The notes beneath the pieces were generated by a model. That model was given only the letters and a program-made list of their open reading frames with translations. It was not told the origin of the DNA and searched no databases. The position numbers and the translations under genes are program-made. 64,000 bases of DNA from Candidatus Zixiibacteriota bacterium. Lineage in GTDB: Bacteria > Zixibacteria > MSB-5A5 > WJJR01 > JAJRUJ01. The DNA lies in assembly GCA_024277855.1 (NCBI GenBank), contig JAJRUJ010000024.1, positions 17,568-81,567 on the forward strand, read 5' to 3'. The stretch's first letter is position 1. Each line of letters starts with the position of its first letter. Positions 9,030 through 18,841 of the stretch are shown here, piece after piece.

Positions 9030-10250
9030 ATGAAAAAATACGGTTTGGTGTGGATGGTTACCGCATTATTGCTGGCATTGTTCGTTTTTCCCGATCCAGC
9101 GGCGGCCCAATTTGGCAGTCTGAAAAAGAAAGTCAAAGACAAAGTCGAAAAACAAGCCGACGAGAAAGTCGACCAGACCATCGACGATGCCCTGGAGGGC
9201 GGCTCTAATGATGAAAAGGCCGACGACGATACCAAAGAATCAGCCAAAGAACCGGCCGGCAAAACCAAAACTACCGCTACCGGCGGTGGGGCGGCCCAGC
9301 TCAAGCCCGGCGAAGGGGCCTGGCTCAACTATGATTTTGTTCCCGGTGATAAGGTTCTTTACTACGAGGATTTCGAAAAATCTCCGATCGGCGATTTTCC
9401 CGAACGGCTGGAGTTCGAGGAGGGCAACATGGAAGTCGCCGAATGGCAGGGCCGGCGGTTTTTACGGCTGGGCACAAATGCGGACTTCAATGTGCCGCTA
9501 CCCGGCATACTCCCCGAGCGTTTCACGATCGAATTTGATTTCTATCTTCCCAGCGGGGTACTGAAAATATCCGGTTGGGATCCGTCGGGCGATCCGGCGG
9601 GCTACCATTCCTATATTAAGATCGGTCACGGTGGGGGCGGAATTACCGGTGACGGGGGTGGCACAGCAGAGGCCTCCACCGATAAAAAAATCTGGAACGG
9701 TATCGTCACCTGCCGGATTATGGGCTACAAGAAATACCTCAAAGTCTATATCAACGAAAAGCGGGTGGCCAACGTCCCTAATGCCGATTTTATCCACTCG
9801 GACAAAATCCACTTTTACCTCTACAATTTCTCCGCGGATGGTATCCTGATCGACCACATCCGGGTGGCCGAGGGCGGCAAGAAAATCCTCTATGACCAGT
9901 TAACGGCCAACGGTCGGGTGGCAACCCGGGGAATTTATTTCGACTCCGGCTCCGACGTGATCCGCCCCGAATCGACGCCGACGCTCAAACAAATCGGCGA
10001 GATGCTCACCGAACACAAAGATTTGAAATTAATGATCGAGGGGCACACCGACAACCAGGGCGATGAGGCCTACAATCTGGCGTTGAGTGATAAACGCGCC
10101 GCGGCGGTCAAGGCCTATATTGTAAAGACATACAAGATTGATGAAACCCGCCTCCAGACTAAGGGATTCGGTGAGGCCAACCAGGTCGATTCGAACGCCA
10201 CTCCCGAGGGACGGCAGAACAACCGCCGGGTGGAACTGGTGAAGATGTAA
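9030..10250 (+). CDS. OmpA-family protein (signal peptide, K/E-rich linker, jelly-roll-like middle domain, C-terminal OmpA/MotB peptidoglycan-binding domain)
   Basis: C-terminus GHTDNQGDEAYNLALSDKRAAAVKAYIV...NRRVELV is a canonical OmpA_C. GGGAGGG ribosome-binding site. Confidence 0.8.
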   Translation: MKKYGLVWMVTALLLALFVFPDPAAAQFGSLKKKVKDKVEKQADEKVDQTIDDALEGGSNDEKADDDTKESAKEPAGKTKTTATGGGAAQLKPGEGAWLNYDFVPGDKVLYYEDFEKSPIGDFPERLEFEEGNMEVAEWQGRRFLRLGTNADFNVPLPGILPERFTIEFDFYLPSGVLKISGWDPSGDPAGYHSYIKIGHGGGGITGDGGGTAEASTDKKIWNGIVTCRIMGYKKYLKVYINEKRVANVPNADFIHSDKIHFYLYNFSADGILIDHIRVAEGGKKILYDQLTANGRVATRGIYFDSGSDVIRPESTPTLKQIGEMLTEHKDLKLMIEGHTDNQGDEAYNLALSDKRAAAVKAYIVKTYKIDETRLQTKGFGEANQVDSNATPEGRQNNRRVELVKM

Positions 10251-10365
10251 TTTGTTTGGGAATGTTTTCAGTTCACCGCCGGGTCCCCGCTCTGCGAACG
10301 GGGGGAAACTCGGCTTGAGGCGCTGTCCGGACCAGTCGCATTGGGGCGATTCTCCATTAACCGGG

Positions 10366-11703
10366 TTATGCGCCCGCTTTCATCCCCAATGCCTTCATTT
10401 TTTTATATAGATGTGAGCGTTCGAGGCCCAGCTGTTCAGCCGTCCGCGTAACATTCCCGCCGCAATCATCCAATGTTTTCCGGATATACTCGCGTTCGAA
10501 ATCATCGGCTGCTTCCCTCAGCGAGCGGGTATCGGTCTCGGCGCCTACCTGCGGCAGCCAGCGACGGACATCGGCCGGAGTGATCACTTTGCCCTCGGCC
10601 ATGATTACCAGCCGCTCGATGATATTGCGCAACTCACGCACATTGCCGGGGAAATCGTGTGCCGCAAGCAATTCAACCGCCCCGGCATTGATTTTTTTGG
10701 TCGCCCGGCCGAGTTTGTCGGCAGTTATCTGCAGGAAATGTTCAACCAGCAGAGGGATATCCGATTTCCGTTCGACCAGCGGGGGCAGGTGGATCGGGAT
10801 AACGTTTAACCGGTAAAACAAATCCTCGCGGAACCGCCCGTCCTTGATTTCGGTGGGAATATCTTTGTTTGTCGCCGCCAGAATCCGCACATCGACTTTT
10901 GCCGGTGCTGCTCCCCCGACCGGCGTGACCAGGCCATCTTCCAGTACACGCAGGACTTTGGCCTGGGTCCGCACCGACATATCCCCGATTTCATCCAAAA
11001 ACAACGTTCCCCGGTGTGCTTGCTGGAACTTACCGGTTTTTTTCCCCGTTGCGCCGGTGAACGACCCTTTTTCGTGGCCGAATAATTCCGATTCGATCAA
11101 TTCATCCGGAATTGCGGCGCAGTTGACCGCCAGAAATTCACGGTCTTTGCGCTTCGAGCCGGCATAAATCATCCGCGCAACCATTTCCTTGCCGGTCCCG
11201 TTGGCCCCGGTAATCAGCACCCGGCTGTCGGTCGGTGCGGCGCGCGAAATCTCCGAGAGCAGTGATTTCATTGCCGGCGCATCGCCGATCAACAGTCCGC
11301 CCTCACCCGCGCGCTCCCGCCAGATTTCGACTTCATCCTCGAGCCGGCGAAGTTTCAGCAGGTTGTCCAGCACAATCCGGACTTTCTCCAACGAAAGCGG
11401 CTTTTCCAAAAAATCATGCGCCCCCAGCTTCACCGCTTTAACCGCTGTCTCGATCGTCGCATGGCCGGAGATCATCAACACCCCAAGTGCGGGGAATTTT
11501 TCCTTGATTTTTTGCAGGACTTTTAACCCGTCGAAATCAGGCAGTTGCACATCCAACAGGACAGCATCGACTGTTGGGGAAAGCTGGCGAATGCCTTCGA
11601 CGCCGTTAGGCGCGGTCAAAACATCATACCCCCGCCTGCTCAGCGCCGTATGGAGACTGCGCAGAATATTTGTCTCGTCGTCGATGACTAAAACCGTGGG
11701 CAT
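10366..11703 (-). CDS. Sigma-54-dependent response regulator, NtrC family (REC + AAA+ + Fis-type HTH)
   Basis: REC domain with the phospho-acceptor Asp, sigma-54 activator motifs GANGTGKE and ESELFGHEKGSFTGA, C-terminal HTH. Confidence 0.9.
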   Translation of the reverse strand: MPTVLVIDDETNILRSLHTALSRRGYDVLTAPNGVEGIRQLSPTVDAVLLDVQLPDFDGLKVLQKIKEKFPALGVLMISGHATIETAVKAVKLGAHDFLEKPLSLEKVRIVLDNLLKLRRLEDEVEIWRERAGEGGLLIGDAPAMKSLLSEISRAAPTDSRVLITGANGTGKEMVARMIYAGSKRKDREFLAVNCAAIPDELIESELFGHEKGSFTGATGKKTGKFQQAHRGTLFLDEIGDMSVRTQAKVLRVLEDGLVTPVGGAAPAKVDVRILAATNKDIPTEIKDGRFREDLFYRLNVIPIHLPPLVERKSDIPLLVEHFLQITADKLGRATKKINAGAVELLAAHDFPGNVRELRNIIERLVIMAEGKVITPADVRRWLPQVGAETDTRSLREAADDFEREYIRKTLDDCGGNVTRTAEQLGLERSHLYKKMKALGMKAGA

Positions 11704-11709
11704 AATCGG

Positions 11710-13461
11710 CTAATCGTCTTTTCTCGGCGGGTTTTTGGGCAGGCGGATGACAAACCGCGCGCCGCCGTCAGTGTTTTCATCCGCGGTGATTATGCCGCCG
11801 TGGTCGACGATGATTCCCTGCACGATCACCAGTCCCAGGCCGGTGCCGTCCTGTTTGTCGGTGGCATAGGGGGTAAATAACCGGTCCTTTATCTCGGGAG
11901 AGAACCCTTTGCCGGTGTCGTCGATGGTGATAATCGCCGTTTCATCTTCCTCGATTGCCGTCAACAAAACCTGTCCGTCCGGGGCCGAGGCCTCCAACCC
12001 GTTTTTAATCAGGTTAACCAGGGCTTTTTTCAACAATTCAAAATCGCCCTGAATGGTGATCGTATCGATTACCGGCTTGATAATCCGCCCGGCTTTTTCT
12101 TCGGCGGCAAACACCCCGCAGGCCTCGGCAATCAATTTATTAATCCCGACCAGTCCGAATGTCGGCCGGGGGGTGCGGGCAAACGACGCGAATTCGTCGA
12201 TAAACCGCTTGATCGAATCCACCTCTTCGGTAATCATCCTGACCGCCTGATTGAGCGTTGCGGCGAATTGTGGATCGTCCGGTTTATAGGCCGCTTTGAG
12301 GTCTTCGGCGGCAATTTGAATCGGCGAGAGGGGATTTTTGATTTCATGGGCGACTTTACGGGCGGCGTCGCGCCAGGCGCCGATCCGTTCAGATTGCACC
12401 AGCCGGTCACGCGACCGGCGCAGGTCGCCGATCATCCGGTTAAACGCATCGGCCATCCGGCCGGCCTCACCACCGGTAAAATTGATCACATCGGCGTCCC
12501 AGTCACCCGCCGAAATCCGGTCGGCGGCCTGCGTGATGTCGTCCAGCGGACGGGTCAGCATCCGCGCAACCATCGCGCCAAAAACCAGGGCCAGCAACAA
12601 TCCCAATGCCGCAGTAGCCAGCAGCGAGTACAACAATTTCTCGACGGCCATGTCGACCGGTTTCGAATCGAAAAAAATCAAGATCATCAACGGCGGTTTT
12701 CCCGACCCCATCCGGGTCAACCGCTCGCGGCCAACCAGATAACGGCGATTATTCAGGTACACCGATGATACCGGCGGGCCGGCATAGATATCATCATATA
12801 ACTCGGCGGTCATCACCGCCTCGGGGATGTCTTCACTTTGATTGAGGACGATACCGTCACCGACAATCATCGAGGGAATCGCCCAGCCGCCAACCCATTC
12901 GCGCAGTCGCCGGGCGGTAAAATCGGTCCCGACGATCAAATAGGCCAGCCGTTGTTCCTGCCACTCAATCGGCGCTATCCCCAGCAAACCACCAGTGCCG
13001 AAATACGGTTCGAGTGGCGGACTGCCGCTGACAATTGGTTTGTCGATAGTCTGTACCCCAAAAACAGAACGGTAATCGATCGTATCGCCGTACGAGGAAG
13101 GATAATCACCTCGAGCCAAAATCACTCCATTGGTGTCGATAATCGCCGAAAAATCCCAACCGGCCTTGCGGTTGCGCTCGGTAATCTGGTTAATCAACTG
13201 GGCCTGGAACACGCTGCCCAATTGTCTGCGCCGCGCCAGGATACGACGGATTTCCTGATCGGCCGCCCCGTTTTTGGCCGCCGAACCAACCCGGGCCATC
13301 TCTTCAACCACGTTCGCATCGAGTCGCGCCAATCCGGTTGTTGCATTGCGGCGACGGATATCTTCCAGTTCCCGCCGGGCGAACATATTGGCCGCGATTA
13401 TCGTGATGATTGCCGGAACGACGGCAACAATCAGAAATGAGATAAATATTTTTTTCCTCAC
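11710..13461 (-). CDS. Sensor histidine kinase (2 TM + periplasmic sensor domain + HAMP + HisKA + HATPase_c)
   Basis: H-box HEIKNPLSPI, G-box GTGLGLVIVQGII. GTG start with GAGGGAG ribosome-binding site. Stop is 6 nt before the RR gene. Confidence 0.85.
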   Translation of the reverse strand: MRKKIFISFLIVAVVPAIITIIAANMFARRELEDIRRRNATTGLARLDANVVEEMARVGSAAKNGAADQEIRRILARRRQLGSVFQAQLINQITERNRKAGWDFSAIIDTNGVILARGDYPSSYGDTIDYRSVFGVQTIDKPIVSGSPPLEPYFGTGGLLGIAPIEWQEQRLAYLIVGTDFTARRLREWVGGWAIPSMIVGDGIVLNQSEDIPEAVMTAELYDDIYAGPPVSSVYLNNRRYLVGRERLTRMGSGKPPLMILIFFDSKPVDMAVEKLLYSLLATAALGLLLALVFGAMVARMLTRPLDDITQAADRISAGDWDADVINFTGGEAGRMADAFNRMIGDLRRSRDRLVQSERIGAWRDAARKVAHEIKNPLSPIQIAAEDLKAAYKPDDPQFAATLNQAVRMITEEVDSIKRFIDEFASFARTPRPTFGLVGINKLIAEACGVFAAEEKAGRIIKPVIDTITIQGDFELLKKALVNLIKNGLEASAPDGQVLLTAIEEDETAIITIDDTGKGFSPEIKDRLFTPYATDKQDGTGLGLVIVQGIIVDHGGIITADENTDGGARFVIRLPKNPPRKDD

Positions 13462-13483
13462 CTGGTGCTCCCTCGTGGTGTGT

Positions 13484-15262
13484 TCACTTTCCCCCCGGTA
13501 CGATATCGATTTCCCCGCAGGGGGTCAATCGCAGATCGGGCAATCGCTTCGATACCGCGATTGTTTTGACCGGTCGGTACAACGGGCAAAGATACGGCTC
13601 GGCCAACAGGACATACTCGATCTCACGATAATATCGGGCACGCGCCTCACCATCCGGTTCCCGGCGCGCTTTCTCCAGTAAATTCAAAAAACGCGGTTCA
13701 TCAACCCCCAGAGGATTGCTGCCGCAGGCCCGACCGGGATAATACAAAAACGGATACAATGTTCGATCCGGCGCCGCCGCGTCGACCGGCCAGGCATACA
13801 AAAACAAATCGAGCTGATCACCGGCGGCGGCGAATTTCTCCCGATCGGCGGGGATCAATTCCGTCCGTACTCCATTTTCGTACAATTTCCCGGCAAGATG
13901 CCGGGCAACCGTCATTCCACGATCAATGCGGGTGTCGACATAAAACCGCAATGGCCGGTCAATTTCAATATCCCGCATGATCCGCTGTCCGCGGTAAGGA
14001 TCGAAAGGGTAGAAAGCTTCGGCGTCGGCCTCACCCAAGGGCGGGAAAATTTGGTCGGCAACTTCGCCCTGGTCGGCAAGCAGGACCTGCACCAGCGAAT
14101 ATTTGTCGACAAGGTAGGAAACGGCCGTGGTGAGGCGGTTATCAGCCAGGTCGGTTTTTTGCTGATTAGCGCCGAAGACAATCAGTTCATTTTGTACCGA
14201 GGAGACAAAATTAAATTGTAAATTGTACATTGTCGTGCGCAACATATCCTCGATGGACAACAGCCCCAGATCAAGCTGCCCCAGCTCGAATGCCAGCCAT
14301 TGATCCGGATGGTTTTCAAACGGCACAACGCTGATCGAATCGAGTAAAAACGGGAAAATTGCCGGCGGAGAGGCGGCGGGCCGCCAGACCCTGTCCTCGC
14401 TCCTGAACCAGTAACGAGAACGCTGGTTTGGTTTTGCATCATAATCGCTGGCCCCGACAAGAGCACGTCGCCACTCACCGGAAATGAAATATTCCGGCAG
14501 CGAGTGAAACGAAGTGGCATACTCCAGCACAAGTGCGCTGTCGCCCATTGGGGAAAAACCCTCAAACTTGACCCCGGCCGGGCCCAGCGGGTCATTCGCC
14601 GACGGTCGCAACGCCCAAAATGTCGGGCAGTTGCGATCATTATTGTGCGTAAGCATCTGCTCCAGCCGGTCAGCCAGCGCGCCCGAAGTCGCGGGGAATT
14701 CGCCGCCGGGCCAGACAGTACTATCGGGCATGAATTGCCAGTGACGGCCGTCATCAGTTTGCAGACAACCGTAACCGGAGTCGGGCCAGATTCGGCCCAA
14801 ATCACCACTGCGCGCAAAAGGGTAGAACACCGAGGACAAGAACGGCCGGTTCACAATCTCGCGCAAGGGGTTGACAAGGTCACTGTAGCCCACACAACCG
14901 ACCCGCAGGTATCCAAGATTCGCGCGGGTATCCGCCGGCGGGAAAAGCCAGGCCAACGGGAGATCAATCAACTCGGCCGGTGTAAGTTCCGGGATTTGCC
15001 CGGCAGGTGCGCTGGAGATGGCCGGGTAGACCTGATTGATAATTCCAGGGTAGGCGACAGTGTCGCCCGGTTGGAGAATGAGTCGGTAGCTCCACCCCTG
15101 TCCAATGGCGTCTTTTTCACCGGCATTGAAATAAATCTGTCCGTCTTCAAGCCAGATTACCCGTGCCTGCAACGAGTCGGCCGCCCGGGCGAGATTCGAG
15201 GCAAATCCGATCAACACAATCGACAGCACAATCAGGATATTGTAAATCGACCGAATAGTCAT
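13484..15262 (-). CDS. Periplasmic solute-binding protein, family 5 (Opp/Dpp/Nik-type SBP fold), co-transcribed with the sensor kinase
   Basis: C-terminal region ...ARYYREIEYVLLAEPYLCPLYRPVKTIAVSKRLPDL and the central region resemble SBP_bac_5. Start at internal ATG 15262 (MTIRSIYNILIVLSIVLIGFASNLARA signal peptide). Track frame is 13484..15382. Confidence 0.6.
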   Translation of the reverse strand: MTIRSIYNILIVLSIVLIGFASNLARAADSLQARVIWLEDGQIYFNAGEKDAIGQGWSYRLILQPGDTVAYPGIINQVYPAISSAPAGQIPELTPAELIDLPLAWLFPPADTRANLGYLRVGCVGYSDLVNPLREIVNRPFLSSVFYPFARSGDLGRIWPDSGYGCLQTDDGRHWQFMPDSTVWPGGEFPATSGALADRLEQMLTHNNDRNCPTFWALRPSANDPLGPAGVKFEGFSPMGDSALVLEYATSFHSLPEYFISGEWRRALVGASDYDAKPNQRSRYWFRSEDRVWRPAASPPAIFPFLLDSISVVPFENHPDQWLAFELGQLDLGLLSIEDMLRTTMYNLQFNFVSSVQNELIVFGANQQKTDLADNRLTTAVSYLVDKYSLVQVLLADQGEVADQIFPPLGEADAEAFYPFDPYRGQRIMRDIEIDRPLRFYVDTRIDRGMTVARHLAGKLYENGVRTELIPADREKFAAAGDQLDLFLYAWPVDAAAPDRTLYPFLYYPGRACGSNPLGVDEPRFLNLLEKARREPDGEARARYYREIEYVLLAEPYLCPLYRPVKTIAVSKRLPDLRLTPCGEIDIVPGGK

Positions 15263-15443
15263 CACCTGCCCCTGGCCGGAAGTTGATCCTCGTACTGGAT
15301 TATTCCCCTGAAGCTCCGACCGGAGATAACATACGGCGAACATTCCCTGAGTGGAACCGCTAATTGTCGATTCAGGCGGCAACGTTCAGGAGTTGTTCCG
15401 GCCGGGTTGTTTGGTTACTCTGTCGGTTGGACAGGAGTAATCG

Positions 15444-16691
15444 ATGACCTCAGCCGAAACAGAAAGCCCCGCTCACCACCTGTTGTTTATCGCCTGCTCC
15501 TATCCCCCGGTTGGGGGAACAGCTGCACGCGGCAACCGCGAGACGGTCAAACAACTGTTGAAAGCCGGTTATCGGGTGACGGTGATTGGTGCGGATTTTA
15601 CAGCTTATCCTCGAGACGATTCCCTGGATTCACCGGCGCCAGACAACCGGGTTTTCCGTTTCCCGGCTGACGATTCAGATACGCTGATTGCCCGGGCGCG
15701 CCGCTTTCTCCGTGTTCCTCCCGGACGAGTGTCCGACCGCTGGTCGCGGGAAATATTCGATCTGGCCGTCAGAATCTTCGCACAGGACCCGCCCGAATTG
15801 GTCTATACCGTTTTTGGCCATGGCAGCGAACATCTTGCGGCGTTGAAATTGCGGCAGCAGTTCTCTTTTTGCTGGGTCGCCGAATTCCGTGATCCCTGGG
15901 TGGGCAACTGGATTGATGAGGAATATCTGCGACAGCGCGCGATTTCGGCCTGGGCCAAACATCTCTGTTTGCGCGGACGGCAGTCGTTGAAACAGATCGT
16001 TAAAACCGCCGATATGCTTTTGGTCGAATCACCGGCACATCGGCAGATGATTGTCGATTTGTTCGGCCAATCCGGCAAGATTCTGGTCAACTATCTGGGC
16101 ACCGATGCCGATATTGCCGCGTCCGCAATACCTCCAGACACGCACTTTGGCCGTCGCCCGGTGATCGGTTTTGTCGGTAAAACCTACTTCGGGTATGACC
16201 AATTGGGAGAAATATTTATTCGCGCGCTAAAACAGCTTGAAAGCGACCAAATACCGTTTTCCTTTGTCAGTGCCGGTGATAATTTTTTCCCGGCGATTGC
16301 CAAACTTGAAAAATTGCAAAATTACAAATCGTTGGGACAACTGCCGTATCCGGAGGCCATCGGCCTGGTGGCCGAGATTGATTTCTCGCTGGTGCTGATC
16401 CCCGAGGCGTATCCCGGTAATATCAACAGCAAGATATATGAGGCGATTCAACTGGGAACACCGATTTTGGGACTGGTCCCTCGGCAGGGAAATATGGCCG
16501 AATTAATTGAAACCTACCGTCTGGGACGGGTGTTGCCGCTGTCGGTGACGGCCTTGACCGAGGCCCTGCGCGAGGTGTTACAATCACCGAATACCGCCGG
16601 CGGCGAAATCTCGACCGAGGCAAAACACACTTTTGCCAAACAGACACTGATGCAGCCGGTGCTCGAACAGATCGGAAAGTTAATCCGATGA
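15444..16691 (+). CDS. Glycosyltransferase, GT-B fold (family 4/1-like)
   Basis: C-terminal KIYEAIQLGTPILG motif region typical of GT4. AGGAG ribosome-binding site. Start overlaps the next gene (ATGA). Confidence 0.6.
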   Translation: MTSAETESPAHHLLFIACSYPPVGGTAARGNRETVKQLLKAGYRVTVIGADFTAYPRDDSLDSPAPDNRVFRFPADDSDTLIARARRFLRVPPGRVSDRWSREIFDLAVRIFAQDPPELVYTVFGHGSEHLAALKLRQQFSFCWVAEFRDPWVGNWIDEEYLRQRAISAWAKHLCLRGRQSLKQIVKTADMLLVESPAHRQMIVDLFGQSGKILVNYLGTDADIAASAIPPDTHFGRRPVIGFVGKTYFGYDQLGEIFIRALKQLESDQIPFSFVSAGDNFFPAIAKLEKLQNYKSLGQLPYPEAIGLVAEIDFSLVLIPEAYPGNINSKIYEAIQLGTPILGLVPRQGNMAELIETYRLGRVLPLSVTALTEALREVLQSPNTAGGEISTEAKHTFAKQTLMQPVLEQIGKLIR

Positions 16692-18229
16692 AAGAGCAGC
16701 GTCTCTCGATCAACGCCCTGGTCAAGCTGGGCAATCTGGTTGTCGATGGGGTTATTGCGCTGATTGTCGTGGCCTATTTTGTCGGCCGACTCGGCGCCGA
16801 GGCGTACGGCCTGGTGCCCTGGCTGAGTTCGTTGCTCGTTTTTTTCACCATTATCCCGACTGCGGTGCAGACCGCCGCCGGCCGTTTTGTCACCCATGCG
16901 CTCGGCCGGGGCAAATCGGTCGAGGCCGGTCGTTACTATGGAACCTCATCCCTCATCCTGATCGGTCTGGGTTTCTGCGGTTTTGCGGTTACGGTTGGTC
17001 TGGCTCTGCTGGCCGACCGCTTCTTCCCGTTTGCGCCGGAATTTTTGGGCGACGCCCAAGCTCTTACGCTGTTGCTGGGCGCGTCAGTCTGCCTGGATAT
17101 TGCGCGCAGCGGGTGGGCCGTCGCCTATTTCACCCGTCAACGATTCGACCTGGAATACGGCGTGATGATCGCCGGGGGACTCGTACGGTTGACCTTGATT
17201 ATTGGCCTGTCTGAGCTATATGGCGTCTCGTTACTCTGGCTTGGTGTGGGTACGCTGGCCGGAGCAATTTTACGAACCGTCGCCGGCTGGTATTATGCCC
17301 GACTGCTCCTGCCAGGCATGCGGATTTTCCCCCGGACTTTCGACCGGACGCTGTTGCGGCCCCTCTCGGTGTTTGCTTTCGACGTACTGATTGCCGGAGT
17401 CGGCCTGATCATCCTCAGCCAGGCAGACATCCTGATCGCCGGCTGGCTGCTGGGCTCGGCGGCGGTGACCATGTATTTTTGCGGGGCGAAATGGGGACTG
17501 CTTTTCCGCGCGGTGATCGGTTCGTTCACGACCGTGCTGGTTCCGCGTTTTACCATACTCCAAGCCGAAGGAAAGATCGACCAATTGCAATCGCTGGTTC
17601 GGCGTGCCGACCGGTTGATCATGCCGCTGGGCTGGTTGATGGCCTGCCTGTTATTCGCGCTTGCCCGACCATTAATCCTCACCTGGGTCGGCCCGGAACA
17701 GTCCGGGGCGGTCAATGTTCTGCGGGTCATCGCTTTTCCCATGGCCATCACTGTCAGCGCCTATGTCTCGATTTCCCTCCTGATCGGCATTGGCCAAATA
17801 CGGGAAAGTTCACTCTCGGCGCTGGTAATTGCGCTGATCAACCCGGCGCTGTCGATTTTTGCGGTCATCCGGCTCGAATGGGGGATAATCGGCATCGCCC
17901 TGGCCTCGGCAATCTGTTTGACCGCCCGCAACGGTCTCTACCTGCCGCTGTTAGTCCGGCGATATGCCCAAATACCGCTGGCCACATATTACCGACGCAT
18001 GATCGTTAGCGCCCTGGCGGCGTTACCCTCGCTGGCCTCGGCCTATCTGGCCGCGCAGTATGTTGACCTGATTGGCTGGGGCCGGATCGTGCCGGCTACG
18101 GTTGTCTGTAGTTTGCCGTCACTGGCAATTATTCTTTTGGTCATCGCCCAACCCGAAGACCGCCGATTGCTGCGCAGTCTACTCCCTTTTTATCGGCATG
18201 ATCCGGCCTTGCCGGATCAAAGGTCTTAA
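16688..18229 (+). CDS. Polysaccharide/oligosaccharide flippase, MOP superfamily (Wzx-like), about 14 TM
   Basis: 513 aa, polytopic, MATE/Wzx-like helix pattern. Translationally coupled to the GT gene. Confidence 0.65.
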   Translation: MKEQRLSINALVKLGNLVVDGVIALIVVAYFVGRLGAEAYGLVPWLSSLLVFFTIIPTAVQTAAGRFVTHALGRGKSVEAGRYYGTSSLILIGLGFCGFAVTVGLALLADRFFPFAPEFLGDAQALTLLLGASVCLDIARSGWAVAYFTRQRFDLEYGVMIAGGLVRLTLIIGLSELYGVSLLWLGVGTLAGAILRTVAGWYYARLLLPGMRIFPRTFDRTLLRPLSVFAFDVLIAGVGLIILSQADILIAGWLLGSAAVTMYFCGAKWGLLFRAVIGSFTTVLVPRFTILQAEGKIDQLQSLVRRADRLIMPLGWLMACLLFALARPLILTWVGPEQSGAVNVLRVIAFPMAITVSAYVSISLLIGIGQIRESSLSALVIALINPALSIFAVIRLEWGIIGIALASAICLTARNGLYLPLLVRRYAQIPLATYYRRMIVSALAALPSLASAYLAAQYVDLIGWGRIVPATVVCSLPSLAIILLVIAQPEDRRLLRSLLPFYRHDPALPDQRS

Positions 18230-18247
18230 GCTGCCCGGCGCTGCCGG

Positions 18248-18766
18248 TCAGTCCTTGCTGAAAATCCAGAATTTCTTCTTCCAGTGTGAACGGAATTCGA
18301 AATCGATGGTCTGGTTCCAGCGTTCCTGGGCGGCGCTGTTAAACAACGTCAGGTGCAATTTGCAATACAACGCTTCGGGATCGGTCGGCAGACGCACACC
18401 GGGATATCGCCGCTCGAAAGCGGTGATCTCGGTTTGTTGATTGTCGAAGGTGAATTGCAGGTGTTGGGTTTGCAGGGCGTTGCCCTCCGGCAGAAAAATC
18501 TCGACCGAATCGATGCCCAGCCGATAACGGCGGAATGACGGCGAGATATCGGCCGCCACGACCATTGTATACTCTTCGATTTGTCCGCTGATCCCCTGTT
18601 CCAGCCGCTCCAGTCGGGGAGTGATCGTCCAGCCCTCGATTGTCGCCTCCTCGGCGATCTCGGGGCGGACAAATTGGTGATAGCGATTGAACCCACAGCC
18701 GGCCGCCATTGTAACCAATACCGCCATCGTGAGTGCATACAAAACCCGGACAATATTCATCTTCAT
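18248..18766 (-). CDS. Lipoprotein, hypothetical
   Basis: Signal peptide with a lipobox-like AAGC Cys (MKMNIVRVLYALTMAVLVTMAAGCG). No family recognised. Confidence 0.5.
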   Translation of the reverse strand: MKMNIVRVLYALTMAVLVTMAAGCGFNRYHQFVRPEIAEEATIEGWTITPRLERLEQGISGQIEEYTMVVAADISPSFRRYRLGIDSVEIFLPEGNALQTQHLQFTFDNQQTEITAFERRYPGVRLPTDPEALYCKLHLTLFNSAAQERWNQTIDFEFRSHWKKKFWIFSKD

Positions 18767-18841
18767 TATTTCATCCTCCGCTTTTTCTCTCGAACAATCT
18801 TACAGTACCAGCTTGACCGACACAAGCCTACCGGGACGAGA

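Noticed and set aside
10283-10304. Hairpin TCCCCG-ctctgcgaa-CGGGGA between the convergent OmpA-family and response-regulator genes, as a terminator
   Set aside because: It has no U-tract on either strand. It may still act as a bidirectional RNA-stability element, but I could not support an intrinsic-terminator call.
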